From sequence record KX828710: a stretch of 50,552 bases of DNA. One strand, 5' to 3'. The position numbers and the translations under genes were made by a program. Every line of letters begins with the position of its first letter. Position 1 is the stretch's first letter. The notes beneath the pieces are model-generated. The model saw only the letters and a list, made by a program, of their open reading frames with translations, searched no databases and was not told where the DNA came from. Shown here piece after piece: positions 28,701 through 36,544 of this stretch. The DNA is from Shigella phage SH6.

Positions 28701-29187
28701 TTCGTGGAGCAATGCGGATTCGACTGGTGCAATGTACGGCGTCAAGCTCGGTCTGAAGTATAACGGCCAAGAATACAGTGCAGGCATGGCTATGTCTCTG
28801 ATTGGTTCCGGAGCTGCGGTTAAGGCGCAGATTTTGTTTGAGGCATCACGATTTGCCATCATGACTGGAATGAATGGTCAGACTCAGTACCCATTCGTTG
28901 TTGAGAATGGCCAGGTTATTCTAAGTAGCGCGATCATCAAGGATGGATTTATTACTAACGCCATGATTGGTAACGCGATTCAGTCTAACAATTGGGATGG
29001 AAATCAAGGGTGGCATATTAACAAGAATGGTGCAGCTTACTTCATGAACGCAACCGTAAGGGGTGCTTTGTATGCAGATAACGGATCGTTTGCATTCAAC
29101 GGGACAAACAATACGGTTCAGATAAACAATAACGGGATCACGGTTAACCTACCTAACGGGGGCCGAGTGGTTGTTGGTGTCTGGTAA
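25738..29187 (+). CDS. central tail fibre / host specificity protein (lambda gpJ-like)
   Basis: 1149 aa, fibronectin-III-like region (VQWRKDNGNWQ..YQVRVRSV), position after I; terminator downstream. Confidence 0.8.
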   Translation: MIQKVISGSKGGSQKPHNPVEMEDNLISINKIKILLAVSDGEIDETFSLKQLMFNSVPVQNEDGSFNFEGVNAEFRPGTQTQEYIKGMEDSSSEVTVNREVTTDNPYTISVTNKTLSAIRIKMFMPRGVRIESNGDKNGVRVEYEVQQAVDGGSFETVLTDVIEGKTMSGYDRSRRVNLPNFNNQVIFRVVRKTPDSSDSNVVDAIQVKSYAEVIDAKFRYPLTGLLFVEFDSKMFPNQLPTISIRKRWKIVNVPSNYDPESRTYNGNWDGTFKKAWTNNPAWVLYDLMINQRYGLDQKELGIAVDKWALYEAAQYCDQMVPDGKGGTEPRYLCDVIIQSQTDAYKVIRDICSIFRGMSFWNGESISVIIDRPREPAYIFTNDNVVNGDFSYTFASEKSMYTTCNVMFDDEQNMYQQDVEPVFDREATLRFGNNVTSITAIGCTRRSEANRRGRWILKTNLRSTTVNFATGLEGMIPTIGDVVAISDNFWSSNLTMNLSGRLLEVSGSQIFLPFRVDARAGDFIIVNKPDGKPVKRTISSVSADGKTIEINIGFGFPVKPNTVFAIDRTDLALQQYVVTKIDKGDDDEEFTYKITAVEYDPNKYDEIDYGVNIDDRPTSIVEPDQIPRPENVQVSSESRIVQGMSVETMIVSWDKVPYAVFYDVQWRKDNGNWQNVPQTANKEVYVEGIYAGNYQVRVRSVAGSGTTSGWSNIVAATLTGKQGEPGRPINLTATDDVVFGIRTKWGFSDGSGDTAYTELQQSPDGTVDNASLLSLIPYPQHEYYHSPMPGGNIVWYRVRTVDRIGNVSQWTDFVRGMASTNVDDIIGEISVDIENSPGYEWLVDKATDNAAQNAANAEAAIENALANDKDAIYMKKENGKRKAEYTKSLKLIADETQARVTAIEQLKASFGDQISASNSELREVIATETGALSREIDQLKAEIGDDIQASLTDIREAIANETEARTQADLSLSSRLGNNEAALSQKLDSWSNADSTGAMYGVKLGLKYNGQEYSAGMAMSLIGSGAAVKAQILFEASRFAIMTGMNGQTQYPFVVENGQVILSSAIIKDGFITNAMIGNAIQSNNWDGNQGWHINKNGAAYFMNATVRGALYADNGSFAFNGTNNTVQINNNGITVNLPNGGRVVVGVW

Positions 29188-29189
29188 CA

Positions 29190-29217
29190 GAAAGGGGCCG
29201 ATTGGCCCCTTTTTTTA
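29190..29217. terminator. bidirectional terminator between J (+) and RBP (-)
   Basis: AGGGGCC GATT GGCCCCT hairpin flanked by A-run and T-run. Confidence 0.65.
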
Positions 29218-30171
29218 ATACATGTTCGGAGTGAAAGGGATTGGCATTGAAATGTTTATATTGAAGGGGAATCGCGCTCCGCTTTTGGTGGAATAGTTAC
29301 CAACTCTTGTTCCGGGGGCGCTTCTCACGTTACCGCCGCTCATACACACGCCCTTGTATCGAATGTTATTATATCCACCTGTAACTCTGCATATTGTACC
29401 CGTTCTAAGTATTGGGAAAAATCCACCACACCACTGCCACCCGTCATTTATCGCCATAGTCCCACCGAGAACAAAAGGACGTCGAACGCTTGAGAAAACG
29501 ATCTGACCAGCAGGATTGCTCATAGTGATTCCCGGTCCGGGAGGTGGTGGGGTGTTATTAAATATTACGAGTTGAACGTATACGCTCGCGCCAACGTCAT
29601 CAATACCGTTATAGTTTGCGTCTCTGCACCATATTGTATTCCCGTCAGATTCCAGTGTTACATTTGGGTTATCCCACATACCGAAAGGAACACCCTGGAC
29701 TGGCAACTGAGCCTGACCGTTAACTTGGATACCTCCAACAAATGCCGCGCTCATCAACCTGGCGTTATTCGGTATCGCCGCGAAGTTCGTTGAATCGCTA
29801 ACAAGTATCCCCTGATTTCCAGACTGAGCGGGGAGAATTTCGTAACAGTTGCCATAAAACCTCATCCTTCTTCCACCATGACCGTTAAAATTACCTACCG
29901 TTATTCTCCCGGTTGAATCATTAACCTTCTGAAAGCTGGTTAAATAATACACCTCCGGGATGTAATCCATATCGTCTATGTAGATAGCCTGAGACGGAAG
30001 GCAAAAAGCGGTAGACCCTGGACTCATTTGCAGACCAAAATCAAAAACCGATCCAGATGAATCAACCCCGTCCGCTTGTATTGGTCCGCACCATGACGGG
30101 GCGCGAAGTCCCGAGGTTATCTCCATTGCCGGACGACCGTCATTTAGATTTATGTATATTCCTTGTCCCAT
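29215..30171 (-). CDS. putative receptor-binding protein
   Basis: Leftward gene just downstream of J locus, co-transcribed with lipoprotein gene; Gly/Asn-rich; assignment by synteny only. Confidence 0.45.
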   Translation of the reverse strand: MGQGIYINLNDGRPAMEITSGLRAPSWCGPIQADGVDSSGSVFDFGLQMSPGSTAFCLPSQAIYIDDMDYIPEVYYLTSFQKVNDSTGRITVGNFNGHGGRRMRFYGNCYEILPAQSGNQGILVSDSTNFAAIPNNARLMSAAFVGGIQVNGQAQLPVQGVPFGMWDNPNVTLESDGNTIWCRDANYNGIDDVGASVYVQLVIFNNTPPPPGPGITMSNPAGQIVFSSVRRPFVLGGTMAINDGWQWCGGFFPILRTGTICRVTGGYNNIRYKGVCMSGGNVRSAPGTRVGNYSTKSGARFPFNINISMPIPFTPNMY

Positions 30172-30173
30172 AA

Positions 30174-30404
30174 TTACCACTCTTTAGTTTTGATTGATAC
30201 TTTTCCGCTGAAGTTACCCTGATCGTCGTCGGATGACAGACCTTTGAATCGCATATCGATTTCGCCAGCCGGAACCTTCTTACCGTCAACGAATCGCATC
30301 ATGCAAGATCCGTAAGCGTAAGTAACGCAGTCTCCATTTTTAAGATTCTGAGCGCAACCAGTCAGGATAAATGCAGCAGCGATAATGGTGATTAACTTTT
30401 TCAT
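30174..30404 (-). CDS. lipoprotein, putative superinfection-exclusion protein (Cor/Llp-like)
   Basis: Signal peptide MKKLITIIAAAFILTGC with lipobox; 76 aa; immediately upstream of putative RBP. Confidence 0.6.
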   Translation of the reverse strand: MKKLITIIAAAFILTGCAQNLKNGDCVTYAYGSCMMRFVDGKKVPAGEIDMRFKGLSSDDDQGNFSGKVSIKTKEW

Positions 30405-30433
30405 TTGTATGTCCTCGTCGTTAGTGTGATTGC

Positions 30434-30462
30434 ATTGTATGTCGCATTTACTTTTATTGCAA
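30434..30462 (-). promoter_or_regulatory. sigma70-type promoter for lipoprotein/RBP operon
   Basis: Minus strand TTGCAA-N17-TACAAT about 25 nt upstream of lipoprotein start. Confidence 0.5.
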
Positions 30463-30514
30463 TAGCACGATTACAATTTTTCGTGTAACGGGTGTCTATT
30501 TTTGTAACCGGAGC

Positions 30515-30625
30515 GGGTGTTACAAAATCCACCCCATACGACCGCAGAAGGATATGATAAAAACTCTATATAATATATATAGATAGATAATATTTAATTT
30601 TAGCTTTATATATATAATTATTGTT
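30515..30625. repeat. AT-rich repeat element copy A (GGGTGTTACAAAAT ... AGATAGATAATAT) with GTTACA/TGTAAC iterons nearby
   Basis: Same two core blocks 66 nt apart as in copy B; lies in divergent intergenic region 30405..30929. Confidence 0.6.
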
Positions 30626-30929
30626 GTGTAACAGTTGTCTATCGTGTAACTGGTGATTTGATTGATTCGTCAAATTTCTATCATATATGTTCAAAATTTA
30701 ATCAATATGGATTCTACTTGTAGCTATCTCTGTATTTCTAAGAAAAATCGGTTACAAGTATTACACAGTAGACATCACATAAAAATAGACTTAAGTCATT
30801 GATTCCGTTAATGCTGGTTGTAACTTGAGCGATATAGACACGCTATTACACACCAATTACATGTATCCGATTGACTAAACGCTGTTAATGGCTATAATGG
30901 ATTCATCGTAAACGAAGGAGATAAACGCA

Positions 30930-31994
30930 ATGTTCCAAGTATTCACATCAAGTCAGCTTTCTAATGACGAGTATCATAGCAACGAAGGTTGGGCGGCAGA
31001 GTATGTAAGCGGTTCTAGCCTTGCAGAAATTTATCAGACTTGCCCGGCTAACTGGCGATTCAAGAAGAACGAGACGACTAAAGCGCTGGAGTTTGGTACT
31101 CAGTCGCACACCAACTTTGAGAGCCGAGATCTGTTTACTGCATCGTATGCTCGTTGTCCGGCTCAGGCAGAGTTTAAAGATCTCATTACTTCGCAGGCGG
31201 CGCTGGCAGCAAAATTAAAATCTTTTGGCCTGAAAGGTACATCCGGTAAGCAGTACCCGGACCTCATCAAAATGATGGTTGATTGTGGCGAAGACCTTAA
31301 CGTTCAATACCTGATTGAACTGATCGCAGAGGCTGAGGCGCGCGCTGAAGGAAAGAAACTCGTCGACGCTGATAAATACGACGCCTGCATGAAGATGAGA
31401 GCTATACTTGAACAGAACCCCGATCATGAAGCGTGCATCAACAGCGAAACAGCGCAGCGTGAAATCTCAATCTTCGGTGAAATATCCGGCGTCAAGGTTA
31501 AGGTTCGACTAGATCATCTTGACTACAAAGAGAATGTACCAGGTCGTGTCCTGACTGGTTATGATGAGAATGGAGATCCGGTATTCGAAGATGTTATTTT
31601 CCCTGAAGCACTGATTATCACTGACTTCAAAACAACAATGAGCGCCAACCCGTTAGAGTTCCCGAGACTGGCATACAATCACGGCTATTACCTGAAGATG
31701 GCATTGCAGCATGACCTGCTACGACGCGCAATCCAGGCTGGAGCCTTTGAAGGTAACTTCCCGGAAGATATTCCGATCGTGGTTCGATTGCTTGCGCAGG
31801 AGAAAAAAGAGCCTTATATCGCACTGGCTTACCGTATGACCATGGAGCAAATCAGGATCGGTCGCAACCAGTACATTAGCGTAGTACACACTTACAAGGC
31901 TTGTTCTGAAATGGATGTTTGGCCTGGGTACGCTGGCGACGCAAGCGAGATCGAACTTGAAACGCCATCATGGGTGCGTTACCAAAATAAGTAA
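30930..31994 (+). CDS. PD-(D/E)xK recombination exonuclease (YqaJ/RecE-like)
   Basis: RLDHLD ... IITDFKTT nuclease motifs; upstream of Erf and SSB. Confidence 0.6.
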   Translation: MFQVFTSSQLSNDEYHSNEGWAAEYVSGSSLAEIYQTCPANWRFKKNETTKALEFGTQSHTNFESRDLFTASYARCPAQAEFKDLITSQAALAAKLKSFGLKGTSGKQYPDLIKMMVDCGEDLNVQYLIELIAEAEARAEGKKLVDADKYDACMKMRAILEQNPDHEACINSETAQREISIFGEISGVKVKVRLDHLDYKENVPGRVLTGYDENGDPVFEDVIFPEALIITDFKTTMSANPLEFPRLAYNHGYYLKMALQHDLLRRAIQAGAFEGNFPEDIPIVVRLLAQEKKEPYIALAYRMTMEQIRIGRNQYISVVHTYKACSEMDVWPGYAGDASEIELETPSWVRYQNK

Positions 31995-32068
31995 ACGGCA
32001 CAAATAGCTAAACAAATAATTAATGAGGTGTTATAATGCACCTCATACACCAATCAGGAGAAGCTAAG

Positions 32069-32716
32069 ATGCAATTATCACCAGAAACAAACGAAATCCT
32101 TCCGGCACTGTTCAATGCTCGAAATAAATTCGCAAAAGCAAAGAAAGACGCAAAAAACAATCACCTGAAAAATTCATACGCAACTCTTGATGCAATGATG
32201 GCAGCTGTTAGCCCGGCGCTAACCGACAACGATATTATGATCCTGCAATCAATGCTTGATACAAGCACGGAAACGACCTTCCATCTTGAGACAATGTTGA
32301 TTCATAAATCCGGGCAGTGGGCCAAATTCTTCATGATGATGCCGATTGCAAAACGCGATCCGCAAGGCGTAGGTTCCGCAATGACGTATGCTCGACGTTA
32401 CTCACTCGCTGCGGCGCTGGGGATTAGCCAGAGTGATGACGATGCTCAGCTTGCAGTGAAATCTGTCAAGGACTGGAAAAAAGAACTTGATGCGTGTGAA
32501 GATATCGAATCACTGAAAGAGGTATGGGCTAACGCTTACCGCCAGACGGATACGGCAAGCAAGTCAATAATTCAGGATCACTACAACGCACTTAAGGCTA
32601 AGTTTGAGATCGGTAAAGCTCGTGGTATTCGCCCGGCGCAACCGGAACAGAAAAAACAGGTTGAAGCAACGAGCGCGAAGCCTGTACAATCTCAATCAAT
32701 CACCAACTTCGAATAA
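32069..32716 (+). CDS. erf: Erf-family single-strand annealing protein
   Basis: GSAMTYARRYSLAAALGI core typical of Erf; ATG with AGGAGAAGC RBS. Confidence 0.7.
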   Translation: MQLSPETNEILPALFNARNKFAKAKKDAKNNHLKNSYATLDAMMAAVSPALTDNDIMILQSMLDTSTETTFHLETMLIHKSGQWAKFFMMMPIAKRDPQGVGSAMTYARRYSLAAALGISQSDDDAQLAVKSVKDWKKELDACEDIESLKEVWANAYRQTDTASKSIIQDHYNALKAKFEIGKARGIRPAQPEQKKQVEATSAKPVQSQSITNFE

Positions 32717-32762
32717 TCATCAGGGCGGCTTCGGTCGCCCATAAAATTTAGGAGAGAAAAAC

Positions 32763-33188
32763 ATGCATATTATCACTGGCGAGATCCGTAAAGAACCAAA
32801 GATTCTGGAACGTAACGGAGGAAATACTTATATCATCGAACTGGCAGAAAGCTACAAACCGCGTGATGGCGATCGAGAATACACCAACTACACATTCTTT
32901 TTTAGCGATGGTGGAAAGCCTGGTCTTGCTGACTGGTATCGTGAGGCTTTTCAAGTTGGGCGAGTCGTGTCGGTATCATGCGAAACATTGAAGATCTCAT
33001 CCCGCGAGCATAACGGAACGGTTTACAATTCATTGCAGGCAGCTGACTTCCCTAGACTGGTATTCAGTCAACGTGGTCAAAGTAACCAGCAACAACTAGC
33101 GCATCAGCAACAAAATCAACGATCTCAACATCAACCACAACCGCAACCAAATCCACAATCAACATTTGACGACGATATCCCATTCTAA
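32763..33188 (+). CDS. ssb: single-stranded DNA-binding protein
   Basis: OB-fold-sized N-terminus, Gln/Pro-rich linker and canonical acidic tip FDDDIPF. Confidence 0.75.
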   Translation: MHIITGEIRKEPKILERNGGNTYIIELAESYKPRDGDREYTNYTFFFSDGGKPGLADWYREAFQVGRVVSVSCETLKISSREHNGTVYNSLQAADFPRLVFSQRGQSNQQQLAHQQQNQRSQHQPQPQPNPQSTFDDDIPF

Positions 33189-33193
33189 TTTTC

Positions 33194-33224
33194 AAAAATA
33201 AGGAGCCTTGCGGCTCCTTTTTTA
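33194..33224. terminator. bidirectional terminator between ssb (+) and tail fibre (-)
   Basis: GGAGCC TTGC GGCTCC hairpin flanked by A-run and T-run. Confidence 0.65.
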
Positions 33225-34901
33225 TTTGCTAATCAATTCTGAAACGATAGTTTTAAGCTCCTCCACTTCCTTTTCAAGAGCTGATACCTTATTTGATTTG
33301 TAAACGAATGCGGCGCATAGGTCCATCAACAGTACGTTACTATCAAGAGAAAGTACATCGTCTGTATACCCGATTTCCTTTCGGTCGACTACAACTTCGT
33401 TCCCTTCCTCGTCCACCCCCTTGATGTCCTCATAAATGGCATGACCAGGCAGCAAGTGCACATATTCTGGGTCAATCATCGCAAGATCCTGTGCAATAAG
33501 GCCGTATCGCTGCACGTCAGAATCTTTATACTTAAACATTGCTGGAAGCCATTGACGAACGCGGTTGTAGCTTTCCTCGCCGTCAGTGTATTGGATTTCT
33601 TTCTTAAGGTCGCGGTCAGATAGCGGCGCTTTCTGGAACTCGTTAACCGAAGGGTTGCCGCTGTTACCGCTAATCAGCCTGCCGTCCGGCAGGAAGCGGA
33701 ATAGCGATTCAGTCATACCATTTTTCCACACGTGGATGCGGTAGTCTGACAAGTGGGTGTCCCCTGCACGAACAATTCCTGCGCGGGTCCAGTCTGCATA
33801 CCACCGATGCATTGTCATCCCCACCCAGTTATCTATCCCATACAGCGCGTTTGACAGACTGGTAGAGTTAGCCTCTAAGGCATTTAACACTACTGACTCG
33901 CCGCCATTCAGGTGCAGCGCACCCAACTTAACCAAACTATCATCACCAACTCCAAGATTAGCGCGCGCCGCCGCTGCCGTTGTTGCTGCCGTGCCGCCTT
34001 TTTCGATGGGTACGGTGTTCTCCGTAGATACAGATCCCAGATCAAGATTAGCACGTGCCTCCGATTTATTTTCCAGCCCTGCAAGATTACCATCCTTAGT
34101 TAAAAGATTATCGGCATTAATGCTATTTGCTGCGTCTTTCGCTTCCTGAGCACTTACCGCCGCCGCATCTTTTGAGCTAACCGCATCATTACGCGCCAAC
34201 TGAGCATCGTTTTTTGCAGAGGTTGCTGTTTGCGCTGCCGCTTGAGCGTCGTTAACGTAAACCGACAAATCTCCCTTTGCGTCATTAATTGCCTGAATAG
34301 CCGACGCCTCTTCCGTGTCGATGTGAGAGATGACAGATGATTCCTTAGAGCCGATATCAGTGATAGCCTGATCTTTTGCGGCATTAATGCCACCGATAGC
34401 CCCGTCAACAATATTCTGTGTCTGATTCTTGATTGAGTTAGTTTCATCGCGTGCAGCGTTGGCGGCGTCACGCGCTAATTCAGCCTGATTTTGCGCAGCT
34501 TGAGAATCAGATTTCGCCTGGTTCACATCAGCAACTATTTGCTCAAGTTTATTCATATCAAGCTGATTTATCAGGTCTATAGCTGCCGCGATCTCAGTCT
34601 CTTTGCTTTGATAGTATCGAAGCGTCTCAGCAACGTTTTGCGCAAGCCCGTTAACGGTTAGTGAATCGCTAAGCAAGATCACATACTTTCCGTCAGCTGC
34701 GGTCTGACCATCCGTAGAGATAGCCTTCATTTCCGTATCGCTCACAATATCGCTGATTACCGCCAGCTTAATCGGTTGCTCCAGGAATACGATAGTTGCA
34801 CCGACTCGAATCAAAGCAAGCTGATCTTTCCATTTTGTGTCTGTTCCGTGAACCGTGCCGTCTGCATCCATTGATGCTGTACCGCGTCTATATAAAGCCA
34901 T
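33222..34901 (-). CDS. tail fibre with C-terminal intramolecular chaperone (S74-like) domain
   Basis: Ala/Asp/Asn-rich shaft; C-terminal SDRDLKKEI..GLIAQD.. chaperone-type domain. Confidence 0.7.
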   Translation of the reverse strand: MALYRRGTASMDADGTVHGTDTKWKDQLALIRVGATIVFLEQPIKLAVISDIVSDTEMKAISTDGQTAADGKYVILLSDSLTVNGLAQNVAETLRYYQSKETEIAAAIDLINQLDMNKLEQIVADVNQAKSDSQAAQNQAELARDAANAARDETNSIKNQTQNIVDGAIGGINAAKDQAITDIGSKESSVISHIDTEEASAIQAINDAKGDLSVYVNDAQAAAQTATSAKNDAQLARNDAVSSKDAAAVSAQEAKDAANSINADNLLTKDGNLAGLENKSEARANLDLGSVSTENTVPIEKGGTAATTAAAARANLGVGDDSLVKLGALHLNGGESVVLNALEANSTSLSNALYGIDNWVGMTMHRWYADWTRAGIVRAGDTHLSDYRIHVWKNGMTESLFRFLPDGRLISGNSGNPSVNEFQKAPLSDRDLKKEIQYTDGEESYNRVRQWLPAMFKYKDSDVQRYGLIAQDLAMIDPEYVHLLPGHAIYEDIKGVDEEGNEVVVDRKEIGYTDDVLSLDSNVLLMDLCAAFVYKSNKVSALEKEVEELKTIVSELISK

Positions 34902-34914
34902 AGTATAAACTCCT

Positions 34915-34966
34915 TAAGTAAATAGCACTAATTGCTAAGCACTGATTTTATCATTGTGCTATGAGT
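34915..34966 (-). promoter_or_regulatory. variant cassette upstream of tail fibre gene
   Basis: Minus strand TAGCACAATGATAAAATC then palindrome GTGCTTAGCAATTAGTGCTA; TAAGGAG RBS. Confidence 0.4.
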
Positions 34967-34979
34967 CTTGCAATGGTCA

Positions 34980-35003
34980 ATAAAAAACCGCCCGAAGGCG
35001 GTT
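34980..35003 (-). terminator. rho-independent terminator after primase gene (minus strand)
   Basis: ACCGCC CGAA GGCGGT hairpin preceded on plus strand by A-run. Confidence 0.55.
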
Positions 35004-35937
35004 AGAGTAGGTCGCTTGCTGAGAATAATTTGGCTTGCATTCCTGAGCGGTATCCTCCGGGGTTCGGTATGATTATTTTTAATTGTCTGTCGTCTGCCAT
35101 GTACAAGGTATCCTTGTCTGAAGGTTCGCACGCTACCCTTACCTCTCGATCACCTTTATACCTGTATGCAACAATTTCGAGGTTTTCAGGGGTGAAGCAG
35201 GCCCATACCTCTTGCTTTGTGTGAAATGCAATATGCTGAGCATCAATCCAGTTAAGGCATAAGTAGATCGCCTTTTCAGTTTTACCAGTCACGGCAACCG
35301 AGCAACTCGTGTATTTCTTCGCATAAAATGACTCTCTTCCTTCTTCATCAATAATCAAAATATTGCAAAACTCATCATCAAGCCCATCCTCGTGCACAAG
35401 TTGACACGGTATAGTGTGAAATACACTCTCTCTTCCATCCTCGCTACGCTTTATACCGACATCGAATGATTCGGTGGGTAGTGACTCAAACACGCTCAAC
35501 GGCGTATTTATACGTTTCTCTGTACGCTCCATAACCTTCATCACCGCCTCATGTTCAGCCATCATGACATTGACACCTGACACCGGAGTCCGGCGCGCTT
35601 TCTTGTTTGCCTTGACGATGTATTCCTGCGGAACCTTTCCGAGAAATCTTCCCAAGATGTTTACGCATTCGCTGTACGGCATACCAGTCAACTTCATCAG
35701 CCAGCCAATACCAGAGTCGTTACCGCATGAGTTGCAGATCGCGCCGCCGTCGCCCGGAGTGTTCAGGTTATCAGTCCAGCGAAAACGGTCTTTACCTCCG
35801 CAGTTGGGGCAAGGTTGGTGCTTCTTATTAAAAACATCATTCGGCAATCCGCAGATTGATTGGAAAGCCTCGCGCCATAACCCCTTCATGTACGGTAAAA
35901 CGTCCTCTTTCTGAAACATCATAAATTCTTCGTTCAC
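35002..35937 (-). CDS. DNA primase (zinc-ribbon type, putative)
   Basis: CPNCGG...CNSCG zinc ribbon near N-terminus; replication module context; GTG start. Confidence 0.55.
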   Translation of the reverse strand: MNEEFMMFQKEDVLPYMKGLWREAFQSICGLPNDVFNKKHQPCPNCGGKDRFRWTDNLNTPGDGGAICNSCGNDSGIGWLMKLTGMPYSECVNILGRFLGKVPQEYIVKANKKARRTPVSGVNVMMAEHEAVMKVMERTEKRINTPLSVFESLPTESFDVGIKRSEDGRESVFHTIPCQLVHEDGLDDEFCNILIIDEEGRESFYAKKYTSCSVAVTGKTEKAIYLCLNWIDAQHIAFHTKQEVWACFTPENLEIVAYRYKGDREVRVACEPSDKDTLYMADDRQLKIIIPNPGGYRSGMQAKLFSASDLL

Positions 35938-35949
35938 TTCCAGATCTCC

Positions 35950-35990
35950 AAAATAAAAAACGCGTAGAAGGATGTTAACCCGCTACGCGT
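35950..35990 (-). terminator. terminator-like hairpin after Cro-like gene (minus strand)
   Basis: ACGCGTAG...CTACGCGT inverted repeat with A-run on plus strand. Confidence 0.45.
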
Positions 35991-35998
35991 CGTTTGTT

Positions 35999-36451
35999 TT
36001 AACTAAAAATGCTATTGGTCGTTCCGATATCTTCCTTCTTCACGACGCGCATAAATTTCTTGTTCTTGCATCGCTTCTCAAGGCACTTGCCGTTACCGTC
36101 AAACTTCAGGTCGAATCGCAACCATGCGGCGCGAAATCCTTTGCACCCCTGTCGGCGGTAAGCACGATGCGCAGCTTCAGCACCTTGCCATGAAATCATA
36201 TTGCGTTCTTTCCAGCCCTGCACCGTCTGATTGCTAACCTTCAGAGCCTTTGCGCAGGCCGCCGGGCCGCCGTAATATTCGATAAGGGCATCAAGTCGCG
36301 CTCGCAGTCCGGCGCGCGTTTCTTCTTTATGAATATAGAAGCCGCAGCGCTGTCGTGGCTTTTTGTCTTTACCGCGTCGTGTTCCGTTGTTACCATTGAT
36401 GTGACGTTTATCGATTTCACCAGTTGACTCCGCGATACGTTGAATACTCAT
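35999..36451 (-). CDS. Cro/YdaS-like HTH DNA-binding protein
   Basis: ACAKALKVSNQTVQGWKERNMISWQGAEAAHRA..LRFD matches YdaS/Cro-type HTH; divergent from helicase gene. Confidence 0.55.
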   Translation of the reverse strand: MSIQRIAESTGEIDKRHINGNNGTRRGKDKKPRQRCGFYIHKEETRAGLRARLDALIEYYGGPAACAKALKVSNQTVQGWKERNMISWQGAEAAHRAYRRQGCKGFRAAWLRFDLKFDGNGKCLEKRCKNKKFMRVVKKEDIGTTNSIFS

Positions 36452-36464
36452 CTTGATTCTCCTA

Positions 36465-36507
36465 TAGCACTTTTTGCTAAAAACGTTTACTGTATGCCGT
36501 GTATTAT
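36465..36507 (+). promoter_or_regulatory. intergenic cassette upstream of helicase gene
   Basis: TAGCACTTTTTGCTAAAAAC; TATTAT at +22 in hairpin CGTTTAC/GTAAACG. Confidence 0.5.
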
Positions 36508-36516
36508 AGCGTAAAC
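36484..36516. promoter_or_regulatory. divergent overlapping -10 elements in hairpin between Cro-like gene and helicase gene
   Basis: Inverted repeat CGTTTAC..GTAAACG with central TATTATA: TATTAT on plus, TATAAT on minus. Confidence 0.45.
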
Positions 36517-36544
36517 GTTACAACGATTCAAAGGATTAATAGAC

